From NCBI GenBank assembly GCA_965240465.1, contig OZ251219.1, forward strand, positions 1,535,139 through 1,599,138: a stretch of 64,000 nt of DNA. Direction: 5' to 3'. Both the position numbers and the translations under genes were made by a program. The stretch is from a bacterium. GTDB taxonomy: Bacteria > SAR324 > JACQKK01. Positions 10,100-18,809 of this stretch are shown here, piece by piece (positions within the stretch are counted from its first letter, which is position 1; every line of letters starts with the position of its first letter). Under the pieces are notes generated by a model. It was given only the letters and a program-made list of their open reading frames with translations, searched no databases and was not told the DNA's origin.

Positions 10100-11098
10100 T
10101 TAATTAAGCTTCTGTTCCCAGTTAAGGGTGTGTTCTACCATCAAAGGAAGAGTGCTCAGGGAGGGCTGCCAGCCTAACACGTCTTTAATGAGCGAAATAT
10201 CGGCGATGACAGAGGGGATGTCCCCTTTGCGTAAGGGAGCTTCTTTAGTGGGGAGGGGCTTTTTAGTTATTTTTTCTGTAGCCCGAACGATTTCTTTAAC
10301 TGAGCTACCCTGACCAGAACCACAGTTAAATATTCGGGGAGTATCAGGCTTGATTTGATTGTTGAGCAGCATTTTAATAGCCAATTGATTAGCTTTGGCG
10401 ACATCCCAAACGTGGACATAATCGCGAATGGCAGAGCCGTCTGGAGTTTCCGATCCCGTGTTGCAGAGAGGTAGGTACTCTTTTTTGCCCAGTGCGATTT
10501 GAGAGATTAACTTCATCAGAGTGAAATTCTTGGAGTTGCAATTACCCGTGCGACCTTTTGGGTCGGCTCCTGAGACATTAAAATAGCGGAGAGCAATGAA
10601 GTTAAGGCCTCCAGCGATATAGGCATCTTGCAACATATTTTCCACCATAAGCTTGGAGTGTCCATAAGGATTAGGTGGTTTGTGGGAGGTATTTTCCTCT
10701 TTGGCAGGTAATTGAATGTGCGATGTATACACAGCCGAAGTAGAAGCAAATAGCAAGTTGGGAACTCGGTGCTTAAGGCACGATTGTAGCAGGGTAAGGG
10801 TAGAACAGAAATTGTTTTGATAATAGAGGAGCGGTTTTTGTACCGATTCAGGAGCCACCAGACTAGCAGCCAGATGAATTACCGCTTGAATGCTATGCTT
10901 AGTGAAAATACCCTCTAATGTGGGTTCGTTGTCGACATCGCCCTTAACGAATTCAGCTTGGGGAGGAGTTGGAGTGTTGGCACCTGAGGAGAGGTTATCT
11001 AATAGCACTAGATTAAATTCCTCGCTGAGTAACCACGCAGTGTGACTACCAATATAGCCCGCCCCACCAGTGATGAGAATACTAGGAGTGTTGCCCAT
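10100..11098 (-). CDS. galE: UDP-glucose 4-epimerase
   Basis: ITGGAGYIGSH, YGHSK, LRYFNV and RDYVHV motifs; ATG at 11098 preferred. Confidence 0.92.
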   Translation of the reverse strand: MGNTPSILITGGAGYIGSHTAWLLSEEFNLVLLDNLSSGANTPTPPQAEFVKGDVDNEPTLEGIFTKHSIQAVIHLAASLVAPESVQKPLLYYQNNFCSTLTLLQSCLKHRVPNLLFASTSAVYTSHIQLPAKEENTSHKPPNPYGHSKLMVENMLQDAYIAGGLNFIALRYFNVSGADPKGRTGNCNSKNFTLMKLISQIALGKKEYLPLCNTGSETPDGSAIRDYVHVWDVAKANQLAIKMLLNNQIKPDTPRIFNCGSGQGSSVKEIVRATEKITKKPLPTKEAPLRKGDIPSVIADISLIKDVLGWQPSLSTLPLMVEHTLNWEQKLN

Positions 11099-11258
11099 AA
11101 TAATGCAATTCTGTGTGTTTTTATGATACAAGCAGGCTAATAAGACACCTTCAGCCTGTGGCACAAGACAAGGCCAAGTTAACATTGTGATGATTAGTGC
11201 ATTAATAATTATATGAGATATGGCTCATTCAATCTATCAAGCCTAAGCACCAAGAGGA

Positions 11259-12203
11259 GTGAAACAACAAACCATGATAAAAGCAAGCAAACAGCAGAAG
11301 ATTTGTGTAGTGATACCAGCCTTTAATGAAGAAGGGAACATTTCTTTAGTAGCCGAAGGATTGCTGGAGGTACTAAAAAAGGAAAGATTTGAGATCATTG
11401 TTGTGGATGATGGTTCTGGTGATCAAACGGCAGAAATGGTGCGAAAGATTAGTCTTAAGGATCCTCGGGTACGATTGGTGCAATTGTCCAGAAATTTTGG
11501 TCACATATCTGCATTGTCGGCAGGCTTAGAGCGAGTTTCTGATGCAGATGTGGTCATCATAATGGATGCCGATTTGCAACATCCTCCTCAGACTATAACC
11601 CAAATGCTTGAGTATTGGCGAAAGGGTTTTTTGGTGGTCAGAATGCAGCGTAAAAATTATGCCCATCCCCCCATAAAGATTCTTTTATCAAAGCTGTTTT
11701 ACTGGACAACAAAACGGATGCTAACTTATCCTCCAGTCCCTAGATCTCCCGAATTTATGCTACTTGATAAGCAAGTAATCGCCACTCTGCTAAAATTAAA
11801 AGACAAAAACTTCACCCTGCGAAGCGTCGTCAGCTGGCTCGGATACAAAACTTTAGTCCTACCTTTTCAAGAACAACCACGCCATTCAGGAAAAAGCGGC
11901 TATTCATTGGCTAAATCCATTAGCATGACCTTTAGCACCCTGTTTTATCTTACCACTACCCCACTAAAATTAGGCTTCTTACTGGGTTCAATCGGAATCA
12001 TTGCCTCATTAGCTCTGGTAGGATGGGTAGTCTTGGGAAATACCACCCAAAATCTCCTACAAATATGGATCCTCACCCTAATCACCTTTCTAGCCTCTAT
12101 TCAACTAATCGTGCTGGGTGTTATCGGAGCTTATCTAGGGGTCGTAGTTAAAAACATCAGACATATACCGCCTTACATCGTACTGGATGAAGATACTCAG
12201 TAA
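11259..12203 (+). CDS. GT2 glycosyltransferase (GtrB/ArnC-like, polyprenyl-phosphate sugar transferase)
   Basis: VIPAFNEE, VDDGSGD, SRNFGH and MDADLQHPP motifs; two C-terminal TMs. Confidence 0.9.
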   Translation: MKQQTMIKASKQQKICVVIPAFNEEGNISLVAEGLLEVLKKERFEIIVVDDGSGDQTAEMVRKISLKDPRVRLVQLSRNFGHISALSAGLERVSDADVVIIMDADLQHPPQTITQMLEYWRKGFLVVRMQRKNYAHPPIKILLSKLFYWTTKRMLTYPPVPRSPEFMLLDKQVIATLLKLKDKNFTLRSVVSWLGYKTLVLPFQEQPRHSGKSGYSLAKSISMTFSTLFYLTTTPLKLGFLLGSIGIIASLALVGWVVLGNTTQNLLQIWILTLITFLASIQLIVLGVIGAYLGVVVKNIRHIPPYIVLDEDTQ

Positions 12204-12221
12204 CCACAAGGCAAAAAATAA

Positions 12222-13115
12222 ATGCCAAAAATTAAATTCCAATATGTCCGCCACGGACCCCCAGAAACTCTGCTCGCATTCCTTACCAACCGTTTTAAGT
12301 ACCATCCCCAAAATATCTGGTATGAACTCATCTTCAATAAACAAGTGGTCGTTAATAATCAACCAACCTCCCCGCAACATATCCTCAAATCCACTGAACT
12401 AATCATCTACCAAAGACCCTACTTCCCTGAACCCCACGTAAATAAACAATTCCAAATCATCTACCAAGACAAAGATCTGTTGGCAGTCAGTAAGTCCAAT
12501 AACATCCCTACCTCCCCCTCAGGAAAATACTGGCATAACTCCTTGATACACGTCCTCCAAAATGAACTAAATGCAAAAAATCTGCGTGCCATCCATCGCC
12601 TAGACCGAGAAACCAGCGGAGTAAATCTCTTCGCCTTCGGGAAAGAAAATGCTGCTATCCTTTGTCGGGCATTTCAGCAAAAGCAAGTCCGTAAAACTTA
12701 TGCAGCACTGCTTAAAGGACATATCCGCCAAAAACGCACTCAGGTTGATATCCCCATCACTGCCGATCCCCACAGCCAAATTCACATAAAACAAGCCGTC
12801 TGCTATAATGGTAAACCCAGTAAAACAAACTTCTACCTAGTACGTCTAGTCCAAGAAAATACCCTCGCCCATATTAGACCACTCACTGGCAGAACCCACC
12901 AAATACGCGTACACGCAGCTCATATAGGACATCCCGTACTCCACGATAAACTATACAGCCAAAACGAAAATGACTTCCTCCAATCCCTTAAACCCTCCTC
13001 ATCGCCCAACTCCCCTAAACATCAACTCCACGCCCTTAGGCTACAACTCCAACATCCTAGAACCAAACGGCAAATTACCTTTCAGGATACCTCGGCAACT
13101 ATTTGCAATTTATAG
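12222..13115 (+). CDS. RluA/RluD-family pseudouridine synthase
   Basis: HRLDRETSG, TGRTHQIRVH and LHA motifs. Confidence 0.93.
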   Translation: MPKIKFQYVRHGPPETLLAFLTNRFKYHPQNIWYELIFNKQVVVNNQPTSPQHILKSTELIIYQRPYFPEPHVNKQFQIIYQDKDLLAVSKSNNIPTSPSGKYWHNSLIHVLQNELNAKNLRAIHRLDRETSGVNLFAFGKENAAILCRAFQQKQVRKTYAALLKGHIRQKRTQVDIPITADPHSQIHIKQAVCYNGKPSKTNFYLVRLVQENTLAHIRPLTGRTHQIRVHAAHIGHPVLHDKLYSQNENDFLQSLKPSSSPNSPKHQLHALRLQLQHPRTKRQITFQDTSATICNL

Positions 13116-13206
13116 GCAGGTGGTGCTTCGCAATGATACTTGATACTTCGCAATTGATGCTTCGCAATAAATATCCTCACTTTAGGAAGCTAAATAATAA
13201 ATCCCT

Positions 13207-13234
13207 TGTCAGGAGGGCGTCTTCCCTCCTGACA
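13207..13234. terminator. 11-bp perfect hairpin after the rlu gene (terminator-like or REP-like)
   Basis: TGTCAGGAGGG / CCCTCCTGACA; no clear U-tract. Confidence 0.45.
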
Positions 13235-13428
13235 CGGTCTTGGCAGGGTGGGTATGCCCCGCGCACTGGCCAATGTGTCCTCATTTATAAACCTGAATTG
13301 TTGATGAATAATCATTGTATATCTGCATTAGCGGTCTTAAAAAGCATTTATTTTTTTCTTCTGTTATAAAGATAACAACTATTGAAAATGCAGTTGTGAG
13401 TATCGCATGGCAATTCTATGAGGAAATT

Positions 13429-13581
13429 GTGAGGTATTCCTCGCAAAAAAGCAGTGAGGTATCCCTCGCAAAAAAGCAGTGAGGTATTCCTCGCAAAAAA
13501 GCAGTGAGGTATTCCTCGCAAAAAAGCAGTGAGGTATTCCTCGCAAAAAAGCAGTGAGGTATTCCTCACGAAAAAGCAGTG
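13429..13581. repeat. 25-nt tandem repeat GTGAGGTATTCCTCGCAAAAAAGCA x6 with internal hairpin
   Basis: Six head-to-tail copies with no spacers, directly upstream of thiL. Confidence 0.95.
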
Positions 13582-13614
13582 CAGTTTTGCTCCAGATAAG
13601 GTGAGTACCCAGCT

Positions 13615-14601
13615 ATGAAGAATGTCGCTAAGAAATATCGCGGTTCGGAGTTTGAATGGATAACGCGTTTGGCGAAGTTATCTTCCCAGTCAAGCGGTAG
13701 AGATTTACCATCGGGGGCGGTTGGCATAGGCGATGATTGTGCTAGGTGGCCTATGGTAAATAACGACCTGCTATTGAGTTGTGATTCAGCGGTATCAGGA
13801 CGTCATTTTCAGCCAAAGATTTCCCCTTGGGATGCTGTTGGTTGGCGGCTCATATGTGCCAATGTCAGTGATATTCTTGCTTGTGGAGGTACTCCTTTGG
13901 CGGCTTTGATTGCCATCAAGAGTCCTGTTGTCGTTGCCGATGAGCCTGCCAGTCAGATTATGGAAGCAGTATATGAGGGGATTAACCAAGCAGCGGTAGC
14001 CTACGATTTGCATGTTGTGGGAGGTAATCTTAGTCGGGCAGCGGAGCTGATATTTGATTGTTTTATGTTGGGAGAAGCCAAGCGTTTTATTGCTCGTTCT
14101 GGGGTTCAGGCGGGAGATTGGTTAGCACTAAGCGGCACACTAGGAGAGGCTGAGGCAGGTCGTTTGGCATTGATAGAAACTCAGTTGCGTGTTCCTTCTG
14201 CCTGTGAGAAAGTCCTCATTCAAAAATGGATGCGACCGCAGATACCTATTCACCTAGCGACATGGTTACAGCGACATGCCCATGCTGCCATTGACATCAG
14301 TGACGGGCTTTCCAGCGAGCTACATCATCTAGCCGAGGCCAGTCATTTAAGATTATGCATTCAGGGCGGTAGTTTATCTGCGGGGGATCAGCTCCGAACT
14401 TGGCTCTGCGAGAAGAAGCGGGATGTTTTGCAATGGTTACTTCACCGCGGGGAGTGCTGGGAGTTGCTCGTTGCTGGAAGTCCTAAGACGCAAAAATCAG
14501 CCGAGCAAGCGGGCTTAGAAATCATTGGATATGCCGAGCATGGCACGGGGGTGCTGCTGGATGAGCAACCTCTTTTAGCCCAAGGCTTTACTCATTTCTA
14601 A
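13615..14601 (+). CDS. thiL: Thiamine-monophosphate kinase
   Basis: GIGDDCA, NVSDILACGG, GGNL and DISDGL motifs; C-terminal GFTHF. Confidence 0.92.
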   Translation: MKNVAKKYRGSEFEWITRLAKLSSQSSGRDLPSGAVGIGDDCARWPMVNNDLLLSCDSAVSGRHFQPKISPWDAVGWRLICANVSDILACGGTPLAALIAIKSPVVVADEPASQIMEAVYEGINQAAVAYDLHVVGGNLSRAAELIFDCFMLGEAKRFIARSGVQAGDWLALSGTLGEAEAGRLALIETQLRVPSACEKVLIQKWMRPQIPIHLATWLQRHAHAAIDISDGLSSELHHLAEASHLRLCIQGGSLSAGDQLRTWLCEKKRDVLQWLLHRGECWELLVAGSPKTQKSAEQAGLEIIGYAEHGTGVLLDEQPLLAQGFTHF

Positions 14602-14653
14602 GGAGAACTTGCTTGAGACAATACTTAAAACAGATTAAAGTCTTTTATTTTTT

Positions 14654-15136
14654 TCACATTGTCTTACAACCAATAGGTAATTTAGAGTATTTTTTTCTAA
14701 AATCTTTCAAAATATTTTTTTCTAAAACCTTAACAGAAGGAAAACTATCAGTACCTTCTTTGTTGAATATTTTATATTTTAGTTTTTTAGGAAAATAAGC
14801 ATATACTTTAGTGGTTTTACCTAATTTTAATAAACTTTGTAACACGAAGTAATTTGTAGAACCACTTGCTTTAGCACCGTTATAATTACGCACCCTATCA
14901 CGTATTGAACGTATAGAATGACCTATCTTAAAAATTTTACCATCCAATACAAAAATATAAACTAATCCTCGCTCATTGATTAATTTATCATCCTTGGAAA
15001 TAAAGTCCAAACACTCCTCTTTATCATTAGGTACTAGATAACAAATATGCTTAAAATCATCTTTATAAGTAAATTTTGTGTATTTTATTTCGTTCTTCAA
15101 TTCATTCATATTTTTAATTATATTTCTTTCTGTCAT
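14654..15136 (-). CDS. GIY-YIG type II restriction endonuclease, Hpy188I-like
   Basis: GLVYIF..GKIFKIGHS...R...Y...TNYFVLQSLL...PIGC resembles R.Hpy188I as recalled; overlaps the MTase gene. Confidence 0.75.
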   Translation of the reverse strand: MTERNIIKNMNELKNEIKYTKFTYKDDFKHICYLVPNDKEECLDFISKDDKLINERGLVYIFVLDGKIFKIGHSIRSIRDRVRNYNGAKASGSTNYFVLQSLLKLGKTTKVYAYFPKKLKYKIFNKEGTDSFPSVKVLEKNILKDFRKKYSKLPIGCKTM

Positions 15137-16355
15137 AATATCTCCCGTTAAATTGTTTTATAATGTTATTCTCTTTTTTTGAAAACTTAAAATCCTTCCA
15201 AACTGGAAATTTTTGTAAGATCCTGATGTTATTAAAATTACCATATCTAGTTATATTATTTAAGAATTTATAAATGTCATTATCCAATTCTCTTTTAATT
15301 TTATCTGCTGATTCTTTTGACTCACACCTAATAAAAGCAATGCTCTGTGTCATCCCGCAATTGTCAATGAAAGTTTGATATTGATTTGTTAAAGAAATAA
15401 AAACCTTCCAACCCACTTGGTATTTATGAGGTATTTTGCTCCACAAAATCTGGGTGGGTGTATGTATTATCCTGTATCTAAATAAACTATTTTCTTTATC
15501 ACTTAAACATTCTGCTTTTGTATATCTGTGTAAATTGCTAGTTGTCTCAACCCTGTATTTCTGTTTATCAGACAACAATGTCTTACTTAAAATAGCTTGA
15601 ACAATCTCGGAAAAATATAGAGGGATAAACTTCACATTCTTATCTAATTTAACCCACTCTTTACTTTTTATAAAATAATTATTATCAATAGTGAAATATT
15701 CCCTATTTTCTTTTTTTTGCAGAATAAACCAAGTAAATGAAGAACCTACTCTTGGAAAATATTTCTTAGCTCCGCCTATGTTTATATGGATAAATTGATA
15801 ATTACTTAATAATTCTGGCAATATATTTCTGTCGGAATATGACTGCCAATTATTAGGGCAAATAAAAAGAATATAACCATCTTTCCTAACTACCTCCATT
15901 GATTTTCTTATAAAATCCCTAGATAAATTATGATTTTTAGATACCCTTTTATAACCATTGAATTTTGCATAAGGGGGATTGGAGACCACTAAATCATATT
16001 CTTCTTGTTCTTGAAAAGTTAAAAAATCTCTTTTGAATACTTTAATACCTTTACCAAAAATCTCGCTTAAATTATTTATTCTCTTTTCATTTATATCATT
16101 AAATACCAAATTTTTAATTGCTGTTTTTGTTTGAATATATGAATGGAAATTACCATTGCCACAACAACAATCTAAGACTTTAATGCTTTTTCTATTCCAT
16201 AATTCATTAGGTATAAAATCAACCATTTCTTTTACACAATCCAAAGGAGTGCAAACATCGTTAGAATTAAAAAAATGAGAAGAATCTTTATCTAATAAAT
16301 CATAAAAACTTCTTATTTCAGCAAAATTTTTTTTATCTATTTTTTCTAGTTTCAT
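15114..16355 (-). CDS. N6-adenine DNA methyltransferase (gamma-type motif order)
   Basis: Motif I LDCCCGNGNF followed by motif IV NPPY; very AT-rich. Confidence 0.88.
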   Translation of the reverse strand: MKLEKIDKKNFAEIRSFYDLLDKDSSHFFNSNDVCTPLDCVKEMVDFIPNELWNRKSIKVLDCCCGNGNFHSYIQTKTAIKNLVFNDINEKRINNLSEIFGKGIKVFKRDFLTFQEQEEYDLVVSNPPYAKFNGYKRVSKNHNLSRDFIRKSMEVVRKDGYILFICPNNWQSYSDRNILPELLSNYQFIHINIGGAKKYFPRVGSSFTWFILQKKENREYFTIDNNYFIKSKEWVKLDKNVKFIPLYFSEIVQAILSKTLLSDKQKYRVETTSNLHRYTKAECLSDKENSLFRYRIIHTPTQILWSKIPHKYQVGWKVFISLTNQYQTFIDNCGMTQSIAFIRCESKESADKIKRELDNDIYKFLNNITRYGNFNNIRILQKFPVWKDFKFSKKENNIIKQFNGRYYDRKKYN

Positions 16356-16425
16356 AATCTAGTAATAGTTAATTATATTTTTCATAAATTAAAATATACT
16401 AATTGGGTACACTAAAAAATTTTAC

Positions 16426-17550
16426 CTATAAAGGTAAAAAAGAATTCTCATGTCTTTCAAGTTTCACCCCCAGATATTCAAAAGCTTTGGGAGTAGCAAC
16501 GCGTCCTCGGGCGGTTTTTTGGATGAATCCTTGTCGGATAAGGAAGGGCTCATAAATTTCTTGGATGGAATCAGGCGACTCAGAAAGGGCAGCCGAGATG
16601 GTGCTTAATCCGACTGGCTTTCCTTGAAATTGCTTGGTTAGGAGGAGCAAGAATTGATGGTCAAAGTAGTCCAGCCCTAGTTGATCAATACCCATTCTGG
16701 CAAGGGATTTATCCACAATTGACTTGTTAATGGCAGAGGATTTTTGAAGCTGCTGAAAGTCCTGCAGCCTCTTAAGCAAACGATTTACTACCCGTGGAGT
16801 TCCTCGGGAACGCTTTGCCAGCACTATGGCGGCCTCCTTTTGGAGCGGGATTTTAAGTATCTTTGCCGAACGCAGAGCTAAGGTGCAAAGCTCTTGATGA
16901 GAGTAGTAATTAAGACGCAAAAGAATGCCAAACCGATCTCGCAAAGGAGCTGTAAGTAATCCCGCACGAGTGGTAGCTCCCACCAAAGTGAAAGGAGGAA
17001 TGCTGATACTCACAGTACGTGCCATCGGGCCTTGACCAATTATCAGGTCTAATTTGAAATCCTCCATGGCACCATAGAGGATTTCCTCTAAGGTGTTTCT
17101 CATTCTGTGTATCTCATCAATGAAAAGGATGCCATTCTTGGGAATATTGGTGAGTATCGCAGCTAAGTCTCCGATTTTTTCAATCACCGGACCCGATACA
17201 GAACGTATCGGAACCTGCATCTCATACCCAAGTACACGGGCTAAAGATGTTTTTCCCAACCCAGGTGGCCCACTGAGTAGAACATGGTCTAGCGGTCGGT
17301 TACGCTTTCTGGCAGCCTGTATGTAGACCTTAAGATTTTCACAGATCTCCGACTGCCCAATGTAATCCCTAAGACGCAAGGGGCGTAACTGAGAAAAAGA
17401 CTGCAATGCACCAGCTGCAGTGCCATCTGCAGTGCCAACTGGGATGACATCATCGGGAGAGGATCGGTAATCCGCCGCGGTATCTGGCTGATCACTCAGC
17501 TGCTTGCCATTGGATATATCTACTGATGATTTTGTGATCGGTGCTTCCAT
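16426..17550 (-). CDS. ruvB: Holliday junction branch migration helicase RuvB
   Basis: LRP..L..YIGQ, GPPGLGKT, FIDEIHR, GATTRAG and RGTPR motifs; exact start uncertain. Confidence 0.96.
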   Translation of the reverse strand: MEAPITKSSVDISNGKQLSDQPDTAADYRSSPDDVIPVGTADGTAAGALQSFSQLRPLRLRDYIGQSEICENLKVYIQAARKRNRPLDHVLLSGPPGLGKTSLARVLGYEMQVPIRSVSGPVIEKIGDLAAILTNIPKNGILFIDEIHRMRNTLEEILYGAMEDFKLDLIIGQGPMARTVSISIPPFTLVGATTRAGLLTAPLRDRFGILLRLNYYSHQELCTLALRSAKILKIPLQKEAAIVLAKRSRGTPRVVNRLLKRLQDFQQLQKSSAINKSIVDKSLARMGIDQLGLDYFDHQFLLLLTKQFQGKPVGLSTISAALSESPDSIQEIYEPFLIRQGFIQKTARGRVATPKAFEYLGVKLERHENSFLPL

Positions 17551-17758
17551 GCAGAGATTCGGGTTCGGGGTTACTTTGGCAGGATATACTGCCCGTCATA
17601 AAAATTCAATTGAAAAGATTTAATTGGTATCCTCAAATACTCCAAGAATTAACCTCCAAAACAAGGAATGTTGCTTAGTTGTAACACATATCCTATGGTG
17701 TTTTTTAATGGTGAATATACGGCTTTACAAATGCCATCCGAGTACAGACAATAAAACC

Positions 17759-17836
17759 CGCTAGCTATTGTCGCTAGTTATTGCCGCTAGTTATTGTCGC
17801 TAGTTATTATCGCTGGTTATTATCGCTGGTTATCAT
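17759..17836. repeat. 13-nt tandem repeat CGCTAGTTATTGT, ~6 drifting copies
   Basis: Visible in a divergent intergenic region. Confidence 0.88.
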
Positions 17837-17891
17837 CAATGAGTAAGAAATATCTATGCGATTGCAAGGTACGGATGTAGACTAGTTTGAT

Positions 17892-18662
17892 ATGACTTCA
17901 ATCACCAAGATAATCTTAGTACTAACATTCTGGGGCGGTGTTCTGGCAGGAGGATGCTCATCTAACGCGGAATTTGCTCCTAGTGGCTCAGAAGTTATTA
18001 AATGGCCTAGTGCCAATCGTCAGTCTACTGGGAAAGCACTCAGTGTAGGGGCTGAGGTAGTAAGTGCAGAAGATGGATCTTTCAGGCTGAAAGGAGTACG
18101 CTACGGCTTGCAGAAGGATATAGTCCAGTTTGTGATTGAAGGACGCGACACCCCTAAGCACGGTTTTGATTATCTGGAAACTCGCTTAAAGCTAAGCCTC
18201 ATTGAATCGGAGGAGCAACGAATCGCCTTTGCCTTAGGCATTTTAGGGCGTTTCACCGAAAATAGTGCCCGAGGTAAAGAACGAATAGATAATCGGAAAT
18301 CTTCATTGTTCTTGGTTACCACTGCTGAGTTGTATCCGTTCGTCAGTTTGGGAGGAGTACGCACCAATTTGTACCTAGATAATCGTGTGTTATCCTTGGG
18401 TTTGGAGTATCAGCTTAGTTATGCCATCAAGTTATTGGCAGAGGGCGATTATTTATTCGCGCGCAAGAAGCGTCTAGAAGACAAGCAAGATGAAGAAGTT
18501 CGGGAATCCAGACGGCTGGGTCTGCCCGAGCCAAAAAAAGAACCCATTGATTATAGAGATGCTCGCGGTGGTTTAGAGATAGCCAATGGAGCCTTTTATG
18601 TGCAAATACTGGTAGGCGATGATGCCGATGGAGTTGTCATCCAGACTGGCGGAGGTTTCTAG
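17892..18662 (+). CDS. Hypothetical lipoprotein / outer-membrane protein
   Basis: Signal peptide with LAGGC lipobox-like motif; beta-strand-like segments; C-terminal Phe. Confidence 0.65.
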   Translation: MTSITKIILVLTFWGGVLAGGCSSNAEFAPSGSEVIKWPSANRQSTGKALSVGAEVVSAEDGSFRLKGVRYGLQKDIVQFVIEGRDTPKHGFDYLETRLKLSLIESEEQRIAFALGILGRFTENSARGKERIDNRKSSLFLVTTAELYPFVSLGGVRTNLYLDNRVLSLGLEYQLSYAIKLLAEGDYLFARKKRLEDKQDEEVRESRRLGLPEPKKEPIDYRDARGGLEIANGAFYVQILVGDDADGVVIQTGGGF

Positions 18663-18665
18663 CAA

Positions 18666-18782
18666 GCCAAATAGGTCGGAAGGATAGGGCCAAATAGGTC
18701 GGAAGGATAGGGCCAAATAGGTCGGAAGGGCCAAATATAGGGCCAAATAGGTTGGAAGGATAGGGCCAAATATGTCGGAAGG
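18666..18782. repeat. 23-nt tandem repeat GCCAAATAGGTCGGAAGGATAGG, ~5 copies with truncations
   Basis: Directly visible. Confidence 0.9.
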
Positions 18783-18809
18783 AAATTACTGACTGTTGAA
18801 GGAACGACG

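Noticed and set aside
13200-13330. TPP riboswitch upstream of thiL
   Set aside because: Hairpins are present, but the CUGAGA and CUGAU core motifs are not in the expected arrangement
13429-13581. CRISPR array (25-nt palindromic repeat)
   Set aside because: Copies are head-to-tail with no unique spacers, and there are no cas genes in the window
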